A DNA stretch of 64,000 nucleotides, from contig JBJKQR010000084.1 of assembly GCA_046735395.1 (NCBI GenBank), forward strand, positions 1 to 64,000. The letters run 5' to 3'. A model generated the notes under the pieces. It had not been told where the DNA came from. It saw nothing but the letters and a program-made list of their open reading frames with translations, and did no database searches. Each line of letters opens with the position of its first letter. Positions within the stretch are counted from its first letter, which is position 1. Below are positions 41,167-51,489 of this stretch, piece by piece. The DNA comes from Fidelibacterota bacterium. Lineage in GTDB: Bacteria; Fidelibacterota; Fidelibacteria; Fidelibacterales; DSDE01. A program made the position numbers and the translations under genes.

Positions 41167-41823
41167 TTATTCCACAAAAAATTCAGTATCAATCTGATCT
41201 TCCAGGCCAATGCGCAGCCGGTCTCCGGACTTTACGGGGCCGACACCCTGAGGCGTTCCTGTAAAAATAATATCCCCTACCTCCAGGGTCATGACGGATG
41301 AAATGTAGGACACGATTTCCGGAATGCTGTAGATCATGTCTTTCGTATTTCCGTCCTGAACGCGACGGCCATTCTTCTCGAGCCAGATATTCAGGGTATT
41401 GAGACGTTTGAAATGCAGCGTGGAGACAAAATGTGAGATCGGGGCCGAGTCATCAAAGGACTTCGCCTCAGTCCAGGGTTTTCCGCCGGCTTTTGCGTCC
41501 GCCTGAATGTCCCGGGCTGTCAGATCAATTCCCACACCGACGCCGGCGATCACATGCGCTGCATCCTCCTCGCTGACATTCCGGGCCTCCTCCCCGATGA
41601 GCAGGATGAGCTCCACTTCATGGTGTACATCCTCGGAATAATAGGGCAGCTGGATGGGGCCGGGGGCATGTACAATGGAATTGGATGTTTTCAGAAAAAT
41701 CATGGGGTGAGTGGTGGCAGTCGAACGCATCTCTCGTATATGTTCGTCGTAATTTCTGCCGACACAGACAATTTTAGGGACGATAAATTCCTGATTTACC
41801 GGGTCCAGGACCGCTGTTTTCAA
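41167..41823 (-). CDS. Fumarylacetoacetate hydrolase family protein (FAHD1/YcgM-like)
   Basis: [37 protein letters not shown]. Confidence 0.93.
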   Translation of the reverse strand: MKTAVLDPVNQEFIVPKIVCVGRNYDEHIREMRSTATTHPMIFLKTSNSIVHAPGPIQLPYYSEDVHHEVELILLIGEEARNVSEEDAAHVIAGVGVGIDLTARDIQADAKAGGKPWTEAKSFDDSAPISHFVSTLHFKRLNTLNIWLEKNGRRVQDGNTKDMIYSIPEIVSYISSVMTLEVGDIIFTGTPQGVGPVKSGDRLRIGLEDQIDTEFFVE

Positions 41824-44057
41824 GCGTCTGCTCCTTCCATTAGCGTTTCAATACGATGGTCATAAATGGACTTCAATTCATTGAGGTCACAGTCAATAAT
41901 GTCATTGATTTTCAGTCTTGTTCCGGCTTTGACACGCCCGATGGTGGTACAGGGAATGGAAAATTCACTGCAGAGGCGTTCGATATCCAGCAGATGCAAT
42001 TCATCCACAGATACGATGATGACGGATTGGGTCTCTCCGAAGATGAAGGCGTCATTCCGAAGCTTGCGCATGGAATAGATATCCACTCCGAGGACCCGGG
42101 GGCCGGAAATGGCCGACTCAGTGAGGGCAACGGCCAGGCCGCCGTCTGAAATATCGTGAGCGGATTTGATGAACCCTTTCTCTATAACGGAGGTCAGAGC
42201 CCGATTCAGCCGGTTTGCAAAATCCAGATCAATCTGCGGCGCGTCGCCGGCGACCACACCATGAATATGGCGCAGATATTCGGAACCGCCCAGCTCACCC
42301 TTGAGCGTTCCCATGAGACAGATGAAATCACCTTCGTCCTTGAACCAGGGCGTCATGGCGCGGTTCACATCAGCCATGAGTCCCACCATCCCGATCACCG
42401 GCGTGGGATAGACTTCCGATATGGGTGACTCATTATAAAAGGATACATTTCCACCTGTCACCGGTGTCTGCAGCGCGATACAGGCCTCGGCAATTCCCCG
42501 GGCCGCTTCCCTGAACTGATAATACACTTCCGGATCATAGGGATTGCCGAAATTCAGACAATTGGTGACTGCCACCGGTTCGGCGCCCGTGCAGGCCACA
42601 TTCCGGGCCGCTTCCATCACGGCGATGGCTCCGCCCTTGTAGGGATTGAGATAGACGTAACGGCCATTGCCGTCTGTGGAGGAGGCGACACCCTTCGTCG
42701 AACCCTTGAGGCGGATCAGGGCCGCATCCCCGCCCGGTGCGATGACGGTATTGGACCGGACTGTATGATCATACTGACGGAATATCCATTTCTTCGAGGC
42801 GATATTGGGTGAAGCGATCATTTTTTTCAGGATTTCGCTGCCCTCGCTGAAGTCAGGAATGGATTCAATATCGAAGGCCATTGTTTTTTCCAGGTAATCA
42901 GGCTTTTTGCTGTCGCGGTAATATACCGGCGCGCCACCGCCGAGAACCAGGTCAAAGGCCGGCACTTCCGCCTTCAATTCACCATTTTCGTAAATACGGA
43001 CCGGCGCGTTTTCACCCGTGACCGTTCCGGCGAGGCTGTAGTCCAGTTCCCATTTATCAAAAACTTTCCGCGCCTCGGCTTCAAATCCCTTGCGAACCAC
43101 CACCATCATCCGTTCCTGAGATTCGGAAAGCATGATTTCGTAGGGCGTCATTCCCTTTTCCCGGAGATGAACCCGGTCCAGATGCAGATCCATACCATGT
43201 TTGCCCCGGTCGGACATTTCCGTGGAACAGCAGGTGATACCGGCGGCTCCCATATCCTGGACTCCGATGAGCCAGGGTTTGCCCAGCAGTTCCAGGGATG
43301 CTTCCATCAGCGTTTTCTCGGTGAAGGGGTCCCCGACCTGAACATTGCTTTTCCGTTCCTCACTCTTTTCGCTGAGTTCCTCGGAGGCGAAGGTGGCGCC
43401 GTGAATTCCGTCCCTGCCGGTGGAGGAACCGATGATGAATACACTGTTCCCTTCCCCTTTGCTGGTGGCGGAAATAAATTTCCGGTTTTTCAGAACACCG
43501 ATGGTCATGGCGTTAACCAGCGGATTTCCCGTATAGGCATCTTCAAAATATATTTCGCCGCCGACCGTGGGAACGCCCATACAGTTGCCGTAATCTCCGA
43601 TCCCTTTCACAACTTCCCGGAGCAGATACCGGTTCCTTGCTGAATCCAGCGGGCCGAAGCGCAGGGAATTGAGACTGGCGACAGGCCGGGCTCCCATGGA
43701 AAAGACATCTCGCAGGATACCGCCTACACCCGTCGCAGCACCCTGATAGGGTTCCACCGCAGAGGGGTGGTTGTGACTCTCGATCTTAAAGGCGATATAA
43801 AAGCCGTCGCCGGCATCGATCAGTCCGGCATTTTCCTCACCGGCGCCCACAAGCAGGCGGCCGCCGCTGCGGGGAAGAGTCTTCACCACGGCGATGGAAT
43901 TTTTATAGGAACAGTGTTCGCTCCACATGACTGAAAAAATGCCCAGTTCCGTCCAGTTGGGAACCCGACCGAGTATTTCCAGAATACGTCCGTACTCCTC
44001 CTCCGACAGTCCGTGTTCCTTCGCCAGATCCAATGTCACTTCAGGTTCCTGTTGCAT
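41820..44057 (-). CDS. purL: Phosphoribosylformylglycinamidine synthase subunit PurL (small type)
   Basis: [51 protein letters not shown]. Confidence 0.97.
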   Translation of the reverse strand: MQQEPEVTLDLAKEHGLSEEEYGRILEILGRVPNWTELGIFSVMWSEHCSYKNSIAVVKTLPRSGGRLLVGAGEENAGLIDAGDGFYIAFKIESHNHPSAVEPYQGAATGVGGILRDVFSMGARPVASLNSLRFGPLDSARNRYLLREVVKGIGDYGNCMGVPTVGGEIYFEDAYTGNPLVNAMTIGVLKNRKFISATSKGEGNSVFIIGSSTGRDGIHGATFASEELSEKSEERKSNVQVGDPFTEKTLMEASLELLGKPWLIGVQDMGAAGITCCSTEMSDRGKHGMDLHLDRVHLREKGMTPYEIMLSESQERMMVVVRKGFEAEARKVFDKWELDYSLAGTVTGENAPVRIYENGELKAEVPAFDLVLGGGAPVYYRDSKKPDYLEKTMAFDIESIPDFSEGSEILKKMIASPNIASKKWIFRQYDHTVRSNTVIAPGGDAALIRLKGSTKGVASSTDGNGRYVYLNPYKGGAIAVMEAARNVACTGAEPVAVTNCLNFGNPYDPEVYYQFREAARGIAEACIALQTPVTGGNVSFYNESPISEVYPTPVIGMVGLMADVNRAMTPWFKDEGDFICLMGTLKGELGGSEYLRHIHGVVAGDAPQIDLDFANRLNRALTSVIEKGFIKSAHDISDGGLAVALTESAISGPRVLGVDIYSMRKLRNDAFIFGETQSVIIVSVDELHLLDIERLCSEFSIPCTTIGRVKAGTRLKINDIIDCDLNELKSIYDHRIETLMEGADA

Positions 44058-44075
44058 GAGCTCCCTGTTCTTGGT

Positions 44076-45923
44076 TTAGGGTTGGACGGAGACGTCAATT
44101 TTCTTGGCCGCCTCCAGAATACTCCGAGCCAAAGTTAGTGAAAATTTGCATTTAAACGCAATTTCCTTTTCATCCGAATTCTGAATTTCAGCAATATCCG
44201 GAAATTGGGAAAAAAGGGTATTTCGTCGTTTGGGCCCGAGTCCGCTGATATCGTCAAATACGCTGCGGGTCATGGATTTGTCACGCCGTTCCCGGTGAAA
44301 GGTGATGGCAAAGCGGTGGGCTTCATCCCGGATCCGGCGCAGCAGCGTAAGCGCCGGCGACGTCTTGGGAATATTCTGGGGATAGCTATAGCCGGGGATA
44401 AATACCTCTTCCAGTTTCTTGGCCAGGCCCAGAACAGGCAGGTTCCCCAGATTGAGACGCTGCAGCACATCCTTCGCCACACCAAGCTGTCCCTTGCCGC
44501 CATCGATCAGAATCAGGTCCGGCAGCACGCCTTTTTCCTCTATTAGCCGAGTATAGCGCCGTTCCACCACTTCCTTCATGGAAGCAAAATCGTCAGTCCC
44601 CACCACGGTCTTCACGATAAAGCGCCGGTAAGCGCTTTTTTTCGGACGCCCGTTCTCAAAGGAAACCATGGATGCCACCGTGTTCGTACCCTGTATGGTG
44701 GAAATATCAAAGCCCTCGATGGTCATAGGCGGCACCGGCAGATTCAGCGCTTCCTGCAGCGCCTCCACCATTTTTCCCGGCTTTTCCCGGTTTTTCATTT
44801 TCTGAAGCAGGTGATCCTTCAGCAGCATATCGGCATTTTTCCGGGCCAGTGTCAGCAGTTTGGCCTTATCTCCCCGTTCCGGCTGAATAATTTTGACGGC
44901 ATGTCCGGCGAGAGAGCGCAGAAATTCCTCATAGAGCGGAATTTCGTCATCCAGCTCTGTAAACAGTTCCCGGGGAATGAAGGTAGTCGTCGGATAATAA
45001 CTTCGGATGAATTCCCTCAGAATATCAGAACGGCTGTTTTCCTCACGGATTTTCAGAAAAAAGTGTTCCCGCCCGATGAGGTTTCCCTCCCGGATCCGCA
45101 GGACCACCACGACTGCGTCCTTATCCGCGGCAGCCAATGTGAGAATATCCCGGTTGATGAAATCCGTGGATACGATATTCTGTGCTGTGGTATAGGCCTC
45201 CAGAACGGCTGTCTGATCCCGGAATTTTGCGGCCTTTTCGTATTCGAGCCCCTTTGCGGCCTCCGTCATTTTTTCTTTGAGTTCATTCAGCAGATCCCGG
45301 GTATGCCCGTTGAGGAAACGGACAATTTCGCGGATCATTTCCTGATAGGAGTCAACGGAGACCAGGCCCTGACAGGGGCCTTCGCAATTCTGCATGTGGT
45401 ATTCCAGACAGAGCTGGACACGACGGGACCGGACGGTTTCACTGTCAAGCCCGGAGCGGCAGGAACGGAGCGGAAAAAGCTTATGGATGATGGCCATGGT
45501 CCGGCGCAGATTTCTCACATTCGTATAGGGGCCGAAATAACGGCTGCCGTCCTTCTCCACATTCCGGGTGATGAAGACCCGGGGAAAATCCTCAGCCGTG
45601 ACCCGGATGAAGGGAAAGGTCTTGTCATCCTTCAGATTAATATTGTAATGCGGCCGGTAATCCTTGATCAGGTTATTTTCCAGCAGCAGCGCCTCAACTT
45701 CGCTTTCCGTAATAATCCATTCCAGATCCCGGATTTTGGAAACCATGACCAGAGTTTTGATATCCTTGTCCCGGCTCTGGAAATAGGAACGAACCCGGTT
45801 TTTCAGGATTTTTGCCTTGCCCACATAAATGACGGTGGCGTCCTTGTCGCGAAAGATGTAAACACCGGGGCGGCCAGGGAGCTGACTCAGCTTTACAGCG
45901 ATGTTTCCGGGGATCTTTTCCAT
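44076..45923 (-). CDS. uvrC: Excinuclease ABC subunit C
   Basis: PGVY...YVGKA..L..RV.SYF (GIY-YIG), EGFDIS, PDLILIDGGKGQL, RDEAHRFA, HhH. Confidence 0.97.
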   Translation of the reverse strand: MEKIPGNIAVKLSQLPGRPGVYIFRDKDATVIYVGKAKILKNRVRSYFQSRDKDIKTLVMVSKIRDLEWIITESEVEALLLENNLIKDYRPHYNINLKDDKTFPFIRVTAEDFPRVFITRNVEKDGSRYFGPYTNVRNLRRTMAIIHKLFPLRSCRSGLDSETVRSRRVQLCLEYHMQNCEGPCQGLVSVDSYQEMIREIVRFLNGHTRDLLNELKEKMTEAAKGLEYEKAAKFRDQTAVLEAYTTAQNIVSTDFINRDILTLAAADKDAVVVVLRIREGNLIGREHFFLKIREENSRSDILREFIRSYYPTTTFIPRELFTELDDEIPLYEEFLRSLAGHAVKIIQPERGDKAKLLTLARKNADMLLKDHLLQKMKNREKPGKMVEALQEALNLPVPPMTIEGFDISTIQGTNTVASMVSFENGRPKKSAYRRFIVKTVVGTDDFASMKEVVERRYTRLIEEKGVLPDLILIDGGKGQLGVAKDVLQRLNLGNLPVLGLAKKLEEVFIPGYSYPQNIPKTSPALTLLRRIRDEAHRFAITFHRERRDKSMTRSVFDDISGLGPKRRNTLFSQFPDIAEIQNSDEKEIAFKCKFSLTLARSILEAAKKIDVSVQP

Positions 45924-46010
45924 GAGGATAATGTAATATTTTCAGGCCGGAATTCTGTGAATTAATTTGAGGATGTGCTGTAGCGGACAGATCACAGGCC
46001 ATGACACATG

Positions 46011-46217
46011 TGTAAATGATTAAATAAAGGAAAATCTGATGCTTACCGGCCCTTAAACCGCTTCATGAATAAAGAAATGAAAATCGTTTTAATAAATAAA
46101 TTCAAATTATTTTTCAGCTTCCGAACCTGCTCCGGATAGGCTTGCGAAAAAAATTAGTTCACTCAGTGAATATTCTTTGTCTTTTCCATTGATAATAGAC
46201 ATGAATTATTATAAAAT
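46011..46217 (+). promoter_or_regulatory. Promoter region of the TonB receptor operon with LacI-family-like operators
   Basis: TTGATA(46189)-17-TAAAAT(46212); operator-like TTAAACCGCTTCAT (46053), TGAAAATCGTTTTAA (46078) and TGTAAATGATTAAA (46011). Confidence 0.45.
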
Positions 46218-46306
46218 TCGGGCAAACGTAAGTAAACGGAGCGTTGCTTTTATTTTAGACGATGAAATGGTCATTAGCAAAACACGCTTAATTAAGGAGA
46301 GATAAT

Positions 46307-47461
46307 ATGTCTGCAGTGTTCAAGATGGCAGTGTTATTGGCCGCAATGACACTAGTTTTCACCCAGTGCAGTGAATACGATGAGGAATTTTACACCATCG
46401 ATTCCTACAATCAGGGTTTGGGAAGTCTGTTGCAGAATGCTGGAAAATCAGCACTGTCCAGCGATCTGAAAATGGTTGATCCGGAACAGGCCCTTGGTTG
46501 GTCAGCCGGAACGACCGATTCACTTATCAATGCAGGAGCCGTCGCAAGAGTCGCAGATTCATTGGCTGCGGCCGGAGCTGACACGCTGGTTCCCGGATTG
46601 GATCTGGTTACGCTGCTCACGAGTGGAGCATCGTATCAGGGTTATATACTTGTGAATCTGACAACGGCACCGGTTGTGGGAAACAATCGTTGGATTTTCA
46701 TGTCTGACGCATTTCTGAAAGCCACGATCTGGGCAATGAACGGTTCGGAAGTTACTCAGAAATCAGACATGATCCCGGCAGAGGTGATCGTAAAATACCG
46801 GGATGTGGTACATTGCCGCTATGAATATGATCTGACACCCGGCATCTATATGCTGAAGGTCCTGAAATCGGAAATTGACAAGACAACGACCCGGGTCAAT
46901 ATGGCGGTCTTTCAGGATGGATACGAGGCATCGGAAGACCTCCTGCAGATCGCTGAAGACCTGGGAAACTCGACAAGTTCCGCGTCCCTGGTTTCAAAGG
47001 TGGAAATTGATTCACTGAACAGTTCACCATTGAACGTTCTTCCCGACAGCAGCTTTATATATGGCTCAGTCAATGATTCCACTCTTTTTTACGACCTGAT
47101 GATGGAGACTATTGCGTCGGCCGATCTCCTGGGCAAGACCACGGAACTCAGTTATAATCCGACAATTGAAAATCTGGCTGTGGCCTATATTCTCACGGAC
47201 CTGAATGCAGGAGACTACATCTTCTGGTCGGACCAGCCGGTAAAATTCCGGGTCTTCAAGCTCAGCTCCATGAAGGAGGTCACCGTGGAAACGGGTATCA
47301 GCCTCACTGAATCCCTGGCGTATCCGATCCGGCAGAAAGCCAGTATGAGCGTGGCAGAAAACGGAAGCTATCTGATTGCCGCTGATAAGGGATACAATCT
47401 GACCGGAACCTATAAGCCACTGTCCTTTATGAGCTTTGACGTCATTCTGGCAGAGCAATAA
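46307..47461 (+). CDS. Lipoprotein of unknown function with an internal domain duplication
   Basis: Lipobox-like FTQC followed by acidic SEYDEE; AAGGAG RBS; two similar halves. Confidence 0.8.
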   Translation: MSAVFKMAVLLAAMTLVFTQCSEYDEEFYTIDSYNQGLGSLLQNAGKSALSSDLKMVDPEQALGWSAGTTDSLINAGAVARVADSLAAAGADTLVPGLDLVTLLTSGASYQGYILVNLTTAPVVGNNRWIFMSDAFLKATIWAMNGSEVTQKSDMIPAEVIVKYRDVVHCRYEYDLTPGIYMLKVLKSEIDKTTTRVNMAVFQDGYEASEDLLQIAEDLGNSTSSASLVSKVEIDSLNSSPLNVLPDSSFIYGSVNDSTLFYDLMMETIASADLLGKTTELSYNPTIENLAVAYILTDLNAGDYIFWSDQPVKFRVFKLSSMKEVTVETGISLTESLAYPIRQKASMSVAENGSYLIAADKGYNLTGTYKPLSFMSFDVILAEQ

Positions 47462-47483
47462 GTCGAAACATCATGGAGATGAA

Positions 47484-48488
47484 ATGAAAACACAATATTT
47501 CAGCATACTCATCCTGGCCATCTTTCTCGCAGGAGGAACGATGCATGCACAGGATAAAAAACTCGGGCAGACGGGTTTCCAGTTTTTATCTGTCGTTTCA
47601 GATGCTCAGGGATCCGCATTAGGCGGTGCCATGACATCACGTGAAGCCGGAAGCGGAGCCATTTTCTTCAATCCGGCCTGTATGGCGCACATGAAAGATG
47701 GATTTGAACTGTCCATGTCACAGAATAATTTCATTGCCGATATCAAGCATAACCAGCTGTCGGCTGTCATCAATCCCGGCCACAACCGCTATGGCGTCTT
47801 CGGAGTCATGATGCAGGCCGTAGATTATGGCGAAATCGAGAACACGGTCCGGGCGGATAATGATAACGGTTACTTCAATACCAGTATCGCGAAACCAACA
47901 TCGCTCATGCTCGGCGGAAGCTATGCGAAAGCGCTTTCGGACAAGTTTTCTGTGGGAATGAATGTCAAATACAGCATGCAGAATCTGGGCAAGGCCATCA
48001 CGACCAGCGAGTCAACAGCCGAGAGCAAGGTTGTGAAATCCTTCACGGCCGCTACAACTGCACTGGATTTCGGAACCCTGTTCCGCACCGGATTCCGAAG
48101 CGTGGCTTTTGGTGTAAGCCTCCAGAATCTGTCACAGGAAGTCAAATACGTATCGGAGGATTTTGAACTGCCCATGACCTTCAATATGGGTATCAGCGCG
48201 AATCTGTTCGATTTTACAGGCGGATTTGCAGGTCAGACCTGCGTGATCTCACTGGATGCGGTTCATCCCCGCTCCTATCCCGAATTCATCCGCATCGGGG
48301 CTGACTACCGCTACGGTTCCTTCATCAGCCTGCGCGGAGGCTTCATTAGCAATCACGACAATTACAGCGGTACGTTTGGAATGGGAGTCCGGATCAAAGC
48401 GGCAGCCATCGATTATGCCTATACTCCGCAGGGAGTGTTCGACCAGTTCAACAAGGTACAGCAGTTTACCGTCCGCTTTGCATTCTGA
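47484..48488 (+). CDS. PorV/PorQ (UPF0164)-like outer-membrane barrel
   Basis: KLGQTGFQFL, A.G.ALGGA, IFFNPA, SYAKALSDKFSVG, DFGT.F.TG, LP.TF..G, terminal RFAF. Confidence 0.85.
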   Translation: MKTQYFSILILAIFLAGGTMHAQDKKLGQTGFQFLSVVSDAQGSALGGAMTSREAGSGAIFFNPACMAHMKDGFELSMSQNNFIADIKHNQLSAVINPGHNRYGVFGVMMQAVDYGEIENTVRADNDNGYFNTSIAKPTSLMLGGSYAKALSDKFSVGMNVKYSMQNLGKAITTSESTAESKVVKSFTAATTALDFGTLFRTGFRSVAFGVSLQNLSQEVKYVSEDFELPMTFNMGISANLFDFTGGFAGQTCVISLDAVHPRSYPEFIRIGADYRYGSFISLRGGFISNHDNYSGTFGMGVRIKAAAIDYAYTPQGVFDQFNKVQQFTVRFAF

Positions 48489-48503
48489 GGAAAGGAGACA
48501 CTA

Positions 48504-51467
48504 ATGAAAACAAAATATATGACAAGGGCAAAGGGAATGAAAAAACTCCTACTGGTTTTTCTCGTCCTTTTCCAGGCACTGCCCATCAGCGCAGCCATCA
48601 CAGGTAAGGTGGCGGGACGCGTCGTCGACGAAGCAAACGGGCAGGCTCTGGTCGGAGCAAATATTATTATTGAGGGAACAGCTCTGGGTGCGTTTACCGA
48701 CAATGACGGATATTATTCAATTCTTAATATTCCTCCGGGAACCTATAACGTCATCGCGACCATGATGGGCTATGCAAAAATGACACTGCAGGACGCTCAG
48801 GTAAAAATGGATCTGACCACGACTCTGGATTTTTCGCTGAAAACAGCGGCTTTTGAAATGGATGCTGTCGTGGCAGAGGCAAAGAGGCCTGTTGTACAGC
48901 TGGATATGTCATCGTCACAGATGAACATTTCCTCCGAGGAAATTGATGCTCTGCCGGTTACATCCGTAACAGAAGTCATCGGCCTGCAGGCCGGTGCGGA
49001 AGGGCTGACCATCCGCGGGTCCTCGTCGACCGAACTTCTCTACAATATTGACGGACTTGCGCTGAATGATGAGCGGTCTAACGTACCCTACACCTCTCTC
49101 CCACTGTCCTCAGTGGATCAGGTCAAGGTGCAGACCGGCGGTTTTGCCGCTGAATATGACAATGCCCGGTCCGGTGTCGTGCAGATTACCACCAAGGAAG
49201 GCTCCAAGACGAAATATGAAGGCAGTTTCACCATGAATTACGACCCGCCACAGCCCAAACATTTCGGAAATTCCATCTATGATCCAATGGGATTTCACCT
49301 GCGCCCCTACAATGACCCGGATGTCATGTGGACCGGAACGCAGAACTGGCCCGATGATATGCAGAAATCCTACCCCGGATTCATGGGTTTCAATGCCCTG
49401 AGTCAGCAGCTCATCATGGACAAGAATCCCAATAATGACCTGTCTCCGGCCGCGCTTCGCGAACTTTTTCTCTATCAGTACCGGCAGCAGCAGGTTGAAA
49501 ATATGCCTGATTACGTGGCCGACCTCGGTTTCGGCGGACCTGTTCCCGTTATCGGCAAATATCTGGGGGATCTCAGATTCTTCGCCAGTTACCGGGACGA
49601 ACAGAGCGTGTATGTCATTCCTCTGTCCCGGGACACCTACCGTGACAATAACCTCAATGTAAAACTGACCGCAGACCTGAGTCAGAAGACAAAGCTGAAC
49701 ATTATACTCATGCGCGGTGTAAGAAATGCTGTCACCACAACCAACTGGAGCACACCCTCCACCGGTTCCTATTTCGCCAGCACCTCTTCGGTGGCAAATC
49801 TCGCTTCCGATCCGGCCACGGCATTCATCCCCTCCACCTACAACCCCCAGACCATAACCCGTATGAATCTCGGCTTCACTATCAAGCATCAGTTCAACAG
49901 TAATTCCTTTGCCGAGCTGTACTTCAACAGCCTCAGCAATAAATACCACGCCTTCCGGGATACACCCCGCGATACGACGACCTTCGACCTCTTTCCCCAG
50001 TATTCCGATTTCAGCTACTATGTCAACGAATTCCCCTTCGGGTACTACGCAGACGGCCCCAATACAGTTACCGGTATGAGAACGGACTGGATGGGCTTTG
50101 CAATGGATGAGAGCAAGGTCACGACAAATACTCTGAAATTCGATTACACGAATCAGATCAACCGCTTTCATCTGCTGAAAACCGGGTTGGCATTGGTACA
50201 GACCGACAATATGGTGGACAGCTGGCTGGAAAATGCCAAATCCACCTGGCGCTTCTATAATAACTGGCATCAGAAACCCATCCGTTTCGGAACCTACATT
50301 CAGGATAAGATGGAATATGAGGAACTGGTTGTGAATGCCGGTATCCGCTTTGACATGTACAATGCCATGGCTGACTGGTATGATCTGGACACCTACGACG
50401 CTCTCCTGAATGCCAACAACGGCTTCAATCTGGAGACAAAGGCCCCCACGAAAAAAACCAAATCCGTATACTCCGTGAATCCACGCCTCGGTATAGCGCA
50501 CCCCATTTCCGCCCAGTCCAAGATCTACTTCAACTACGGCCATTTTTCCATGGTTCCGCAGTCACAGTACCTCTTTCTCGTGGACAGGCTCGGCGTGGGC
50601 AGTGTCCGTTCACTTGGAAATCCTGAACTGGAATTCACCAAGACCATCCAATACGAAATCGGCTATGAACACAGTCTTTTCCAGAAGTACCTGCTGAAAA
50701 TCGCCGGTTATTACAAGGATGTGAAGAACCAGCCGAACTGGACACTCTATACGAATTATGACGAGACGGTCAGCTACTATACGGGCACCAGCAATGCCTT
50801 CGTGGATATCCGCGGACTGGAACTGACAGCCGAAAAAAAATACGGTGATTTCGTAAGGGGCTTCATCAATTACACCTATTCCATACAGAGCTCCGGTATC
50901 TTCGGCATCGCCCGCTATTTTGAAAATCCCCAGGAACAGGCTAATTACATCCGCCGGAATCCGGTCATTTCCAAACCGGTTCCCCGTCCCTTCATCAATG
51001 CCAGTCTGTCTCTAATGACACCCCACAACTTCCGGGCCCTTGGACTTCCCAAAATGCTGACTCAGGACTGGCGACTGAACTTCCTGTATTACTGGAAGAA
51101 GGGGTCTAAATTCACCAATACGGACTATTCAAACATTATCAATGCCTTCGAATGGGTTGATTACTACAATGTGGATATGAAAGTCTCCAAAACCCTGAAC
51201 ATGGGTTCCAGGCACCTGAGACTTTTCCTGAATGTCAGCAACCTCCTTGACCTGAAATGGCTCAGTACCACCGGATTCGCCGGAACCAACGACAGCCGCT
51301 ACTACTACGGATCCCTGAAAATGTGGTTTGAGGAAGGAAGCGAACACGGCAATGATCTTGTAGGAACGACAGACAAGGACAAGAGCTACATCAATATGCC
51401 GAACATGACCTCCCTGACTTATCTGAATCCGAGACGGGTAACCTTCGGAATAACCGTTAATTTCTAA
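48504..51467 (+). CDS. TonB-dependent receptor with N-terminal carboxypeptidase-regulatory-like domain
   Basis: TGKVAGRVVD...L.GANI, plug IRG...Y.IDG...TGGFAAEY..ARSGVV.I.TKEG, PRLGIAHP, GNPEL...KT.QYE.G, terminal NPRRVTFGITVNF. Confidence 0.92.
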   Translation: MKTKYMTRAKGMKKLLLVFLVLFQALPISAAITGKVAGRVVDEANGQALVGANIIIEGTALGAFTDNDGYYSILNIPPGTYNVIATMMGYAKMTLQDAQVKMDLTTTLDFSLKTAAFEMDAVVAEAKRPVVQLDMSSSQMNISSEEIDALPVTSVTEVIGLQAGAEGLTIRGSSSTELLYNIDGLALNDERSNVPYTSLPLSSVDQVKVQTGGFAAEYDNARSGVVQITTKEGSKTKYEGSFTMNYDPPQPKHFGNSIYDPMGFHLRPYNDPDVMWTGTQNWPDDMQKSYPGFMGFNALSQQLIMDKNPNNDLSPAALRELFLYQYRQQQVENMPDYVADLGFGGPVPVIGKYLGDLRFFASYRDEQSVYVIPLSRDTYRDNNLNVKLTADLSQKTKLNIILMRGVRNAVTTTNWSTPSTGSYFASTSSVANLASDPATAFIPSTYNPQTITRMNLGFTIKHQFNSNSFAELYFNSLSNKYHAFRDTPRDTTTFDLFPQYSDFSYYVNEFPFGYYADGPNTVTGMRTDWMGFAMDESKVTTNTLKFDYTNQINRFHLLKTGLALVQTDNMVDSWLENAKSTWRFYNNWHQKPIRFGTYIQDKMEYEELVVNAGIRFDMYNAMADWYDLDTYDALLNANNGFNLETKAPTKKTKSVYSVNPRLGIAHPISAQSKIYFNYGHFSMVPQSQYLFLVDRLGVGSVRSLGNPELEFTKTIQYEIGYEHSLFQKYLLKIAGYYKDVKNQPNWTLYTNYDETVSYYTGTSNAFVDIRGLELTAEKKYGDFVRGFINYTYSIQSSGIFGIARYFENPQEQANYIRRNPVISKPVPRPFINASLSLMTPHNFRALGLPKMLTQDWRLNFLYYWKKGSKFTNTDYSNIINAFEWVDYYNVDMKVSKTLNMGSRHLRLFLNVSNLLDLKWLSTTGFAGTNDSRYYYGSLKMWFEEGSEHGNDLVGTTDKDKSYINMPNMTSLTYLNPRRVTFGITVNF

Positions 51468-51489
51468 TGACATGTAAGGATAAGCAATC

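Noticed and set aside
49110..50543. 477-aa antisense ORF (also 7461-8693, 39832-40905, 44811-45965, 56845-58035)
   Set aside because: They lie opposite well-supported genes and carry no recognisable motifs; long antisense frames are expected from codon bias at this GC content
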